Shown: piece after piece, positions 46,170 through 54,612 of the stretch
Layout: each line of letters starts with the position of its first letter
Numbering within the stretch: position 1 is the first letter of the stretch
Assembly (NCBI GenBank): GCA_038211115.1
Contig: JBBQVX010000001.1
Span: forward strand, 19,900 to 83,899
Direction of reading: 5' to 3'
DNA length: 64,000 nucleotides
Origin: Elusimicrobiota bacterium
GTDB taxonomy: Bacteria > Elusimicrobiota > Elusimicrobia > UBA1565 > UBA9628
Program-made: the position numbers and the translations under genes
Notes under the pieces: model-generated
The model's input: only the letters and a program-made list of their open reading frames with translations
Databases searched by the model: none
What the model was told of the DNA's origin: nothing

Positions 46170-47323
46170 AGACACGCCGCGTCCTCCTCGTCACCGGCAC
46201 CCGCGCCGAGTACGGCCTGCTCGAGCCGCTGATGTCCGCGCTGAAGCGCGACCGCGCGTTCCGACCCGCCTTCCTCGTCACCGGCGCGCATCTCGACCGC
46301 CTCCGCGGCCTGACCGTCCGCGAGATCGAGGCCGACGGCCACCCGATCGCCGCGCGCGTGCCGCTGAATCAGCGCGGCGACGACGCCGCGGCCGTGGCCG
46401 AAGCGATGGCTTCGGGCGTGCGCGGCTTCTCGCGCGCGTACGCGAAGCTGAAGCCCGATCTCGTCGTCGTGCTCGGCGACCGCTTCGAGATCCTCGCCGC
46501 CGCGGCGGCCGCCCTGCCGCACCGGATCCCGGTCGCGCACCTGCACGGCGGCGAGTCGAGCGAGGGCGCGTGGGACGAGTCCATCCGCCACGCCGTGACC
46601 AAGCTCTCGCACCTGCATTTCGTCTCGCACGCCGACTACGCGCGCCGCCTGAAGCTCATGGGAGAGGACCCGCGCCGCGTCGTCGTCGCGGGCGCGACCG
46701 CCGAGGATCGCCTGCGCTCCCTCCCGCGCTTAAGCCGCGGCGAGCTGTCCCGCTCGCTCCGGCTCGCGCTCGGCCGCCCGCTCATCGTCGCGACCTATCA
46801 TCCGGCGACCTTGTCCGCCGATCGCGGCCTCTCGGAATGCCGCGCCATGCTCGCGACGCTCGACCGCGCCCGCGGCACCGTCGTCCTCACCGCGCCCAAC
46901 GCCGACGCGGGCGGCCAGGCGGTCCGACGCGAGCTCGAGGCCTACGTCCGCCGCCACCCCGTGACCGCGAAGCTCTACGACTCCCTCGGCCAGAAGCGCT
47001 ACTACTCCCTGCTCGCCTACGCGGACGCGATGATCGGAAACTCCTCGAGCGGCCTGCTCGAGGCCCCGTACTTCGCCCTGCCCGTCGTGAACCTCGGCGA
47101 CCGGCAGAAGGGGCGCCGCCGGGACAAGAACGTGCTCGACGTCCCCCGCCCGTCCGCGACCGCCGTCTCCCGGGCGCTGAAGCGGGCGCTCTCGCCCGCG
47201 TTCCGCCGCTCCCTGCGCTCGCGCAAGGCCGTGGCCAGCCCCTCGGCCCGCATCGTCGCGGCGCTCAAAAAGCTAGAATGGGGCGACGCCCTCCTCATCA
47301 AGCGGTTCCATGAAATCCCGTAA
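46166..47323 (+). CDS. neuC: Hydrolysing UDP/GDP-HexNAc 2-epimerase (NeuC/LegG type)
   Basis: VLLVTGTRAEYGLLEPLM, VTGAHL, VVVLGDRFE and VAHLHGGE. Confidence 0.85.
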   Translation: MKTRRVLLVTGTRAEYGLLEPLMSALKRDRAFRPAFLVTGAHLDRLRGLTVREIEADGHPIAARVPLNQRGDDAAAVAEAMASGVRGFSRAYAKLKPDLVVVLGDRFEILAAAAAALPHRIPVAHLHGGESSEGAWDESIRHAVTKLSHLHFVSHADYARRLKLMGEDPRRVVVAGATAEDRLRSLPRLSRGELSRSLRLALGRPLIVATYHPATLSADRGLSECRAMLATLDRARGTVVLTAPNADAGGQAVRRELEAYVRRHPVTAKLYDSLGQKRYYSLLAYADAMIGNSSSGLLEAPYFALPVVNLGDRQKGRRRDKNVLDVPRPSATAVSRALKRALSPAFRRSLRSRKAVASPSARIVAALKKLEWGDALLIKRFHEIP

Positions 47324-47963
47324 AAAGTCCCCTCTCGTCCTGGTCGGCGCCGGCGGGCACGCCAAGGTCCTGGCCGACCTCGCCGCCGCGGGCGGCCGCG
47401 CCGTCCTGGGCGCCGTCGACCCCGCCCCGAACGGCCGCGCGGCCCGCTCCTCCGGCCTCAAGATCCTCGGCGGCGACGACGCCCTGCCCCGCCTGGTCAA
47501 GTCGGGTGCTGCGGCCGTCGTGGCCGTCGGTTCGGCCGGCGACACGTCCCGCCGGGCCCGCCTGCGCCGCCGCCTCCTCGACCTCGGCTTCGAGACCCCC
47601 GCCCTCGTGCATCCGACCGCGATCGTCTCCTCGTCGGCGACCATCGGCCGCGGCGCTCAGGTCATGGCCGGCGTCGTGATCAACGCCGGCGCGTCGATCG
47701 GCGCGGGCGCGGTCGTGAACACCGGCGCCGTGATCGAGCACGACTGCGCGCTGGGCGAGGACTGCTTCATCGGCCCCGGCGCCGTGCTCGGCGGCGACGT
47801 CGTCGTCGGCGCAGGCGCGTTCGTCGGCCTGGGCGCGAGCGTGCGCCAGGGCGTCGTGATCGGCGCGCGCGCGCTCGTCGGCGTCGGCGCCGCCGTCGTC
47901 AAGGACGTGCGCGCGGGCGCCACCGTCGTCGGCGTCCCCGCACGTGAGGTCCGCCGCTCATGA
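47310..47963 (+). CDS. NeuD/PglD/LegH-family sugar N-acetyltransferase (left-handed beta-helix)
   Basis: LVLVGAGGHAKVLADL followed by hexapeptide repeats (IGRGAQVMAGVVINAGASIGAGAVVNTGAVIEHD...). Confidence 0.8.
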   Translation: MKSRKKSPLVLVGAGGHAKVLADLAAAGGRAVLGAVDPAPNGRAARSSGLKILGGDDALPRLVKSGAAAVVAVGSAGDTSRRARLRRRLLDLGFETPALVHPTAIVSSSATIGRGAQVMAGVVINAGASIGAGAVVNTGAVIEHDCALGEDCFIGPGAVLGGDVVVGAGAFVGLGASVRQGVVIGARALVGVGAAVVKDVRAGATVVGVPAREVRRS

Positions 47964-49030
47964 GCGTCCGCTACGACGTCGATTTCCGCCGCCTGGTCCT
48001 AGCCCCGGCCGCCACGGTCAAGCGCGCGATCGAGGTGATGTCGGGTCCCCACGGCGCGGGCATCGTGCTCGTCGCCAAAGCGGGCGGCGTGCTGCTCGGC
48101 GTCGTCGTCGACTCCGACATCCGCAAGTCGATCCTGCGCGGCGTCGGTCTCGACGCGCCGCTGTCGAAGGTCATGAACCCGAAGCCGGTGACCTTATCCG
48201 ACGCCCTGTCGCGCGAGGAGATCGCCCACTTCTTCCGCAAGGACCCCCGCGCGAGCATCCCTCTCGTCGACGCGAAGGGCCGAGTGAAAGGCCTCGCCCA
48301 GCTCTCCCAATACCTCGTCCCCGCGGGCGAACGGCCCAACCGCGTCGTCATGCTCGTCGGAGGCGAGGGTCGCCGGCTGATGCCGCTGACCGCGAACACC
48401 CCGAAGCCGCTCCTCAAGATCGGCGACAAGCCGATCCTCGAGACCATCGTGGAGCAATTCGCCGCCGCGGGCCTGCGCACCTTCACCTTCGCCGTCAACC
48501 ACCAGGCCGAGATGATCCGCCGCCACTTCGGCGACGGCTCGCGCTTCGGCGTCTCGATCGACTACGTCGAGGAGCGCAAGCGCCTCGGCACGGCGGGGCC
48601 GCTGTCCCTCCTGCCGAAGGGGCTCGAGCATCCGGTCATCGTCATGAACGGCGACCTCCTCACGAAGGTCGACTTCGGCGCGCTGCTGCGCTTCCACGAG
48701 GCCGAAGGCTGCCTCGCGACGGTCTGCGTACGCGAGTACGACTTCCAGGTCCCGTTCGGCGTCGTCAGCATGAAGGGCCACCGCCTCGAGGCCATCGTCG
48801 AGAAGCCGACGCACCACTTCTTCGTCAACGCGGGCATCTACGTCGTGAACCCGAAGGCGCTGTCCTTGCTCAAGCGCGGCCAGAACTGCGGCATGCCGGA
48901 CTTCCTCGAGCGCGTCCGCCGCGGCCGTCCCGGCTCGGTCGGCTGCTTCCCGGTGCGCGAGTACTGGATCGACATCGGCCGCGTCGACGAATACAAGCGC
49001 GCCCAGGACGAGTTCTCCACGTTCTTCTGA
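47960..49030 (+). CDS. CBS-domain sugar-1-phosphate nucleotidyltransferase (PtmE-like)
   Basis: An N-terminal CBS pair, then VVMLVGGEGRRLMPLTANTPKPLLKIGDKPILE. Confidence 0.8.
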   Translation: MSVRYDVDFRRLVLAPAATVKRAIEVMSGPHGAGIVLVAKAGGVLLGVVVDSDIRKSILRGVGLDAPLSKVMNPKPVTLSDALSREEIAHFFRKDPRASIPLVDAKGRVKGLAQLSQYLVPAGERPNRVVMLVGGEGRRLMPLTANTPKPLLKIGDKPILETIVEQFAAAGLRTFTFAVNHQAEMIRRHFGDGSRFGVSIDYVEERKRLGTAGPLSLLPKGLEHPVIVMNGDLLTKVDFGALLRFHEAEGCLATVCVREYDFQVPFGVVSMKGHRLEAIVEKPTHHFFVNAGIYVVNPKALSLLKRGQNCGMPDFLERVRRGRPGSVGCFPVREYWIDIGRVDEYKRAQDEFSTFF

Positions 49031-49036
49031 TCCCCG

Positions 49037-50806
49037 ATGAGGCTTAAGCGCTTCGCCGCCGACATCTGGAAGAGCCACCCTGGCGCGTTGGCCGGCGACG
49101 CGCTCCTGATGCTGCTGACGAGCCTCCTCGAGGCGGCCACCATCTTCCTGATCGCTCCAGTCGTCGACACCTTGCTCGCCGCACCCGGACGCGCGCCGAG
49201 CGTCGTCACGCTCCGCTTCGTCGCCGCGGCGCAGGCCGTCGGATTGGGCGGAGGCCTGGCGACCGCGCTCGGCGCCTTCCTCTTGTTCAGCGTGCTCCGC
49301 GCGTGCCTGCAGACGTTCGCCTGGAACATGATCCTGCGCACGAAGTACCGCGTTATGACGGACCTCACCGTCGGCACCTTCGAGGACTTCCTGAACGCGA
49401 GCTGGCGCTTCTTCAGTTCAAGCTCGCAAGGAACGCTCGTCAATGCGTTCACGCGCGAGACAAACAACGCCGGGCAGGGCTTCGTCTACCTCGCGAGCCT
49501 GATTTCGGTCTTCCTGCAGCTCGCCGTCCTGACGTCGGTGCCGCTGTACATCTCGTGGAAGGTGACTTTAGCGAGCGTCGGCGTCGCGGCGGCCTTCGCG
49601 CTGCCGTTCATGCGCCTCGGCCGCCACAACTACACGCTCGCGCAGACGATCACGCGCACCTCCGCCGAGATGACGGCCGTGATCCAGGAGCACCTGAGCC
49701 TCGCCAAGATCATCCTGAGCTTCGGCGAGCAGAAGCGCAGCGTCAACGACCTCACGCGTTCCTACGAGGCGCTCGCGCAGCCGATCGTCCGTTGCGAGAC
49801 CCTGCTCATCGCGCTGCCCCTGCTCTACCAGCCGTTTGGCATCCTGATCGTGTCCGTATCGATGCTCATCGCGCGCCGGCTCAACGTCCCGCTCTCCGAG
49901 ACCGCCGTCCTGTTCTACTCGCTGTTCAAGCTGATCCCGCTCATCGGACAGATCACCGAGAAGAAGACGGCGCTCGACGCGATGTTGCCGAGCTATGAGA
50001 ACATCTGCGAGCTGCGCGAGAAGGCCCGCTCCCTGCGCCAGCCGACTGGCACGCGGCCTTTCCGAGGCCTGACCGACGACATCCGTCTCGAGAACGTCGT
50101 CTTCGCGCACCCCGGCAACCCTCCCGCGCTCGACGGCGTCACCTTGACCATCCGCAAGGGGCGCATGACCGCGCTCGTCGGCGAGTCCGGCGCGGGCAAG
50201 TCCACGATCGCGGACCTCGTCCTCGGCCACTACGCCGCGCAGTCCGGCAAACTCCTCCTCGACGGGACGCCGTTTTCCGAGATCGACGTGGACTCGTTCC
50301 GCCGCCGCATCGGCTACGTCTCGCAGGAGAGCCTCCTCTTCAACATGAGCGTGCGCGACAACATGCTCTGGGCCAAGGAGGACGCGACGCAGGCGGAGCT
50401 CGACGCAGCCTATCGCCAGGCGAACGCCGACGAGTTCATCTCCCGCTTGAGCCAGGGCGACCTCACGGTGATCGGCGACCGCGGCGTGCGCCTCTCCGGC
50501 GGCCAGCTCCAGCGCCTCGCGCTCGCGCGCGCGGTGTTGCGCAAGCCCGACCTCCTGATCCTCGACGAGGCGACGAGCGCGCTCGATACTCAGTCGGAGC
50601 GGCTCATTCAAGAGGCGATCGAACGCATCGGCCGCGAGACGACCGTCCTCGCCATCGCGCATCGCCTCTCGACGATCAGCCGCGCCGACGCGATCTACGT
50701 CCTCGAGCGCGGCCGCGTCGTCGAGCAGGGCACCTACGACGAGCTCGTCGCGCGCGGCGGAAAATTCACCGCGATGGCGCGACTGCAGAGCACGGAGAAG
50801 GCATGA
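49037..50806 (+). CDS. ABC exporter, fused permease/ATPase (MsbA/PglK-like)
   Basis: Six N-terminal TM helices, Walker A GESGAGKST, signature LSGGQLQRLALARA and Walker B LLILDEATSALD. Confidence 0.9.
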   Translation: MRLKRFAADIWKSHPGALAGDALLMLLTSLLEAATIFLIAPVVDTLLAAPGRAPSVVTLRFVAAAQAVGLGGGLATALGAFLLFSVLRACLQTFAWNMILRTKYRVMTDLTVGTFEDFLNASWRFFSSSSQGTLVNAFTRETNNAGQGFVYLASLISVFLQLAVLTSVPLYISWKVTLASVGVAAAFALPFMRLGRHNYTLAQTITRTSAEMTAVIQEHLSLAKIILSFGEQKRSVNDLTRSYEALAQPIVRCETLLIALPLLYQPFGILIVSVSMLIARRLNVPLSETAVLFYSLFKLIPLIGQITEKKTALDAMLPSYENICELREKARSLRQPTGTRPFRGLTDDIRLENVVFAHPGNPPALDGVTLTIRKGRMTALVGESGAGKSTIADLVLGHYAAQSGKLLLDGTPFSEIDVDSFRRRIGYVSQESLLFNMSVRDNMLWAKEDATQAELDAAYRQANADEFISRLSQGDLTVIGDRGVRLSGGQLQRLALARAVLRKPDLLILDEATSALDTQSERLIQEAIERIGRETTVLAIAHRLSTISRADAIYVLERGRVVEQGTYDELVARGGKFTAMARLQSTEKA

Positions 50807-51849
50807 GCCTCGACGCCAAGCTGACGGTCATCCTCCCGGTCTACGGCCGCGTCGACTACACCTTGCGCTGGCTGCGCTGGATCGAGGCCTCGGGGCTGAA
50901 GTGCCGCGTGATCGTCGCCGACGGCTCGGAGCCCGCCGTCGCCACGACGGTCGCGCGCGCAGTCGAGGCCGGCGCCGCGAAGGGCCTGCCTTGGTCGCAC
51001 CGCGTCCCGGCGCCCGCGCGCGCCAGCATCTTCGCCCGCGTGTCCGACGCGGCCGCGGACGTAAAGACCCCGTACGCGGTGCTCGCGGCCAACGACGATT
51101 TCCCGATCGCCTCCGGCCTCGCCGCCTGCGTCGCCGCCCTCGACGCCGACCCCCGCGCGTCCGCGTGCGGCGGCCCCGCGACGGCCTTCACGCTCTCCGC
51201 CGATGAGCCGGTCTGGTCCGCGCGCGGCCGCGCGCGCGTTCCCGTCCCGCGCGCGCCGCTGCGGGGCGAGACCCCGGCGGCCCGCGTCGAGGCCCTGCTC
51301 GACGCGTACGACCCGCTCTGGTACGACGTCCAGCGCGCCTCCGTCATGCGGGACGCGTTCCACCGCCTCGAGCGCGCGGGCGTACGCGACTTCAACCTCT
51401 GCGAGCTCCTGCACGCCGTCGGCGTCGCCGCGGCCGGGCCCGCCCTGCGCGTGGCCCAGACGCACCTCGCCCGCCAGGAGGACGCCGTCGACTCCGCCTC
51501 CGGCGAGATCGCGGACCGGGGCGACCTGCTGACGGAGATCCTCTCCGAGGGCTGGGGCGTCCAGTTCGACGCGTTCATCGCCGCCTCGGCCGAGGCCGCG
51601 GGCGGAGAGTCCGCGCGCGCGACCGTGCGCTCCTCCTATATCGGCTACGCCCGCGCGACGCTGGCCCGCACGCCCGGCTTCGCGGGCCCGCTCCCGCTGC
51701 GCCGACGCGCGGCCGCCGCCGTGAAGTCCGCGCTCGGGGGCAAGGCGGTCGCGGCGCTGCGCCGCCTCCGCTCGAGCGCCCCGGCGCCCGTGCCGGCCTC
51801 CGCCGAGCTCAAGGCGGTGCTCGCGTTCCTGGCGGCGGGGCCGAAGTGA
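50803..51849 (+). CDS. GT2-like glycosyltransferase-domain protein
   Basis: LTVILPVYGRVDYTLRWL...VIVADGS and LAANDDF (DxD-like). Confidence 0.55.
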   Translation: MSLDAKLTVILPVYGRVDYTLRWLRWIEASGLKCRVIVADGSEPAVATTVARAVEAGAAKGLPWSHRVPAPARASIFARVSDAAADVKTPYAVLAANDDFPIASGLAACVAALDADPRASACGGPATAFTLSADEPVWSARGRARVPVPRAPLRGETPAARVEALLDAYDPLWYDVQRASVMRDAFHRLERAGVRDFNLCELLHAVGVAAAGPALRVAQTHLARQEDAVDSASGEIADRGDLLTEILSEGWGVQFDAFIAASAEAAGGESARATVRSSYIGYARATLARTPGFAGPLPLRRRAAAAVKSALGGKAVAALRRLRSSAPAPVPASAELKAVLAFLAAGPK

Positions 51850-52370
51850 AGTTCGCCGAGACGAGCCTGCCCGGCGTGTGGCGCGTGGCGCTCGAGCTCC
51901 GCGAGGACGAGCGCGGCTTCTTCGCGCGGGCGTTCGATCCCGCCGCGTTCGCCGCGCACGGCCTCGACGCGAAACTCTCCCAGCTCAACGTCTCGCACAA
52001 CGCCAAGAAGGGCACCTTGCGCGGCCTGCACTACCAGGCGGCGCCGCACGAGGAGTCCAAGCTCGTGCGCTGCGTGCGCGGCGCGATCTGCGAGGTCGCC
52101 GTCGACGTACGCGAAGGTTCTCCGACGCGCGGCCGCTGGGTTTCCGCCGAGCTGAACGCGAAGTCGCGGGAGGCCCTGTTCATCCCGAAGGGCTTCGCGC
52201 ACGGCTTCCTGACGCTCGAGGATCAGACCGAAGTCCACTACCTGATGACCGACGACTACGCGCCCGCCTCCGCGCGCGGCGTGCGCTGGGATGACCCGGC
52301 GCTCAAGGACGCGTGGCCCTCGGCCCCGAAGCACCTCGCGCCGAAGGACCTCGACTGGCCCGCTCTATGA
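51846..52370 (+). CDS. rfbC: dTDP/NDP-4-dehydro-6-deoxyhexose 3,5-epimerase (RmlC cupin)
   Basis: LPGVWRV....REDERGFFARAF, NVSHNAKKGTLRGLHYQ, KLVRCVRGAICEVAVDVR and PKGFAHGF. GTGA overlap. Confidence 0.85.
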   Translation: MKFAETSLPGVWRVALELREDERGFFARAFDPAAFAAHGLDAKLSQLNVSHNAKKGTLRGLHYQAAPHEESKLVRCVRGAICEVAVDVREGSPTRGRWVSAELNAKSREALFIPKGFAHGFLTLEDQTEVHYLMTDDYAPASARGVRWDDPALKDAWPSAPKHLAPKDLDWPAL

Positions 52371-53419
52371 AGGCCGTCGCGATCCGCCCGCGCGTGCCGG
52401 GAACCGCACGCGTCGTCGAGCTCCCGCGCCCCGAGCCGAAGAAGGGCGAGGTGCTCGTGTCGGTCGTCGAGGTCGGCATCTGTGGCACCGACGCCGAGAT
52501 CAACGGCGGCCTGTACGGCGAGGCGCCCCCCGGCGAGGAAGTGCTCGTGCTCGGCCACGAGGTGCTGGGACGCCTCGACAACGGCGACCTCGTCGTGCCG
52601 ATGGTGCGACGTCCCTGCGCCCAGTGCGGACACTGCAAGGCGGGCTCCCAGGACATGTGCGACTCCGGAGGATTCACGGAGCGCGGGATCAAGGCGGTCC
52701 ACGGCGGCCTCTGCGAGTTCCTCGCCGAGTCCTCATCGATGCTCATCCCTGTCCCGGCGGCCGCGCGGGCTTACGCGGTCCTGCTCGAGCCGATGAGCGT
52801 TGTCGCCAAGGGCCTGCGCCACGCCCTCGTGATCCAGAAGCGCCTCGACTGGCGCCCTAAGCGCGCGCTCGTCGTGGGCGCCGGTCCGATCGGGCTTCTC
52901 GCGACGTTGACGTTGCGTATGCTCGGCTGGGAAGTCGTCACCGCGGCGCGCAAAGCGCAGGGATCGCCCAAGGCCCTCATCGCCGGATCCTGCGGCGCGA
53001 AATACCAGAGCGTGGCCGAGGTTCCGCTCCTGGAGTCGGCCCGCCTCGGCGAGCGCTTCGACCTCGTCTTCGAGGCCTCGGGTAGCGCGCAGGCCGCCTT
53101 CGACAGCATCCACGTCCTGGCGACCAACGGCGTCCTCTGCCTGACGAGCGTGACCGGCGGGACCACGGAGAAATCGGTGCCGATCGACAAGATCAACTGC
53201 GACCTCGTCCTCGGCAACAAGCTGATCTTCGGCACCGTCAACGCCGGGAAAACGGACTTCATTGACGGCCTCGCCTACCTCGAGCGCATCGACAAGGCCT
53301 TTCCCGGAGCCTTGTGCCGCCTGCTGAGCGACCGAATCTCCTTCGCGGACGTCGGGCGGATGTTCGAGGTCCAGGGCGCCGGCATCAAGACGGTCTTCGA
53401 AGTCTCGTCCGCGTCCTAG
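52367..53419 (+). CDS. Zinc-type medium-chain dehydrogenase, glucose-1-dehydrogenase-like
   Basis: MKAVAIRP...GEVLVSVVEVGICGTDAEINGG, LVLGHEVLG and VVGAGPIGLL. Confidence 0.8.
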   Translation: MKAVAIRPRVPGTARVVELPRPEPKKGEVLVSVVEVGICGTDAEINGGLYGEAPPGEEVLVLGHEVLGRLDNGDLVVPMVRRPCAQCGHCKAGSQDMCDSGGFTERGIKAVHGGLCEFLAESSSMLIPVPAAARAYAVLLEPMSVVAKGLRHALVIQKRLDWRPKRALVVGAGPIGLLATLTLRMLGWEVVTAARKAQGSPKALIAGSCGAKYQSVAEVPLLESARLGERFDLVFEASGSAQAAFDSIHVLATNGVLCLTSVTGGTTEKSVPIDKINCDLVLGNKLIFGTVNAGKTDFIDGLAYLERIDKAFPGALCRLLSDRISFADVGRMFEVQGAGIKTVFEVSSAS

Positions 53420-53428
53420 ACCACGCCA

Positions 53429-53457
53429 TTGACAGGGTGAGATCTCGGGGGTAAGCT
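53429..53457 (+). promoter_or_regulatory. Candidate promoter TTGACA-N17-TAAGCT, 10 nt before ATG 53468
   Basis: A perfect -35 at 53429-53434, a 17-nt spacer, and a weak -10 at 53452-53457. Confidence 0.4.
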
Positions 53458-53467
53458 TCGCGCATAG

Positions 53468-54166
53468 ATGCGCCCGCATCGCGTGCTGGTCGTCGATGAT
53501 GATTACTCGCAACGCCGCCTCTATTGCCGCTTCTTGGAATCTCGGGGCTATGAACCCATCCCCGCGGAATCCGCGGCGCAAGCGATCGCGCTGATCCAAA
53601 ACGAACATCCACAGCTGATCGTGGCGGACATTGCCATGCCGGGCATGGACGGGATTCAGCTCTACAGAGCGCTGCGGCTAGATCGCCGTAGCTCGAAGAT
53701 TCCCGTGCTTCTGATGACTGGACTGGCGGTGCCTGCTTCGCTGCTGAAAGAAGCCTGCGTGGGCCTATCCGCGGACGAAATATATATAAAAGGCGGCGAC
53801 CTAACCCATTTCGCCTGGCTCGCCTCCAAACTTCTCGATATACCGGCGACATCCCCCGATTCCGCAACGGCGACGGAGGGAAATAAAAGTCGGCGCGTGC
53901 GCATCGATATCGTGCATCGACGGATTTGGGTCGATGGAACCGAGCTACCGCGCCTGCCCGCCAAACGCTATGACTTGCTCGTGCAACTGCTGAAGAACAA
54001 CGAGCCGCAGAATCCCAATAACCTTTTGCGGAGCGTATGGCCGGAAAGCGAAAACATCAAGATCGTCGGGGTCAGCATTCTGCGTCTGCGTCGGGATTTG
54101 TGCGAATTTCCGATCGTGCGCATCGAAACGACCGCCCGCGGCTACGCCGCGCACCTCACCGAATAA
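53468..54166 (+). CDS. Orphan OmpR/PhoB-type response regulator (REC plus winged helix), lower GC
   Basis: VLVVDDD...IVADIAMPGMDGIQLYRAL...VLLMTG. The C-terminus has RIWVDGTELPRLPAKRYDLLVQLL...VSILRLRRDL...IETTARGY. Confidence 0.85.
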   Translation: MRPHRVLVVDDDYSQRRLYCRFLESRGYEPIPAESAAQAIALIQNEHPQLIVADIAMPGMDGIQLYRALRLDRRSSKIPVLLMTGLAVPASLLKEACVGLSADEIYIKGGDLTHFAWLASKLLDIPATSPDSATATEGNKSRRVRIDIVHRRIWVDGTELPRLPAKRYDLLVQLLKNNEPQNPNNLLRSVWPESENIKIVGVSILRLRRDLCEFPIVRIETTARGYAAHLTE

Positions 54167-54186
54167 AGCGCGGCTACAAGTTGTAA

Positions 54187-54215
54187 TTGATTGTTCGGCG
54201 CGCGCGCTCTATAGT
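54187..54215 (+). promoter_or_regulatory. Candidate promoter TTGATT-N17-TATAGT upstream of the small secreted protein gene
   Basis: TTGATT at 54187-54192, a 17-nt spacer, TATAGT at 54210-54215. This gene has a leader of about 40 nt with a GAGAGG Shine-Dalgarno site. Confidence 0.45.
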
Positions 54216-54255
54216 TCGTCAGTCGGATCGACCGACCATGCGTTGAGAGGATTCC

Positions 54256-54600
54256 ATGCGATTCACGTTCTTGTTTCTGTGCGCTGTTCTCGCCGGGGTT
54301 GCGGGCGCCGCACCGCAAAAGACGACTCTCTCGAATTCCGACGACGCGAAACGTTCCGCCGAGCGGGACAAAATAATGAGCGCTTCCCGGAAGACCGTGC
54401 GCGCGCATGAAAAATCATTGAGGCAGCGCGAGCAAGAAGAGATTCGTTCGCTCAACAACGACTCGAAACGATCTGATGCGGGGAAAAAGGCCCTCACCGA
54501 AGAAATCACGAAAAAATACAGCCTCAAGCGCATGGAGCTTCGTCGCCGCATGAATGCGGACCTTCGCGCACGGCTGCTGACAAATTCCCAAGAGGAGTAG
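54256..54600 (+). CDS. Small secreted, highly charged helical protein (hypothetical)
   Basis: Signal peptide MRFTFLFLCAVLAGVAGAAP and a K/R/E-rich remainder. GAGAGG lies 5 nt upstream of the ATG. Confidence 0.6.
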   Translation: MRFTFLFLCAVLAGVAGAAPQKTTLSNSDDAKRSAERDKIMSASRKTVRAHEKSLRQREQEEIRSLNNDSKRSDAGKKALTEEITKKYSLKRMELRRRMNADLRARLLTNSQEE

Positions 54601-54612
54601 CGAGGACCTCCG

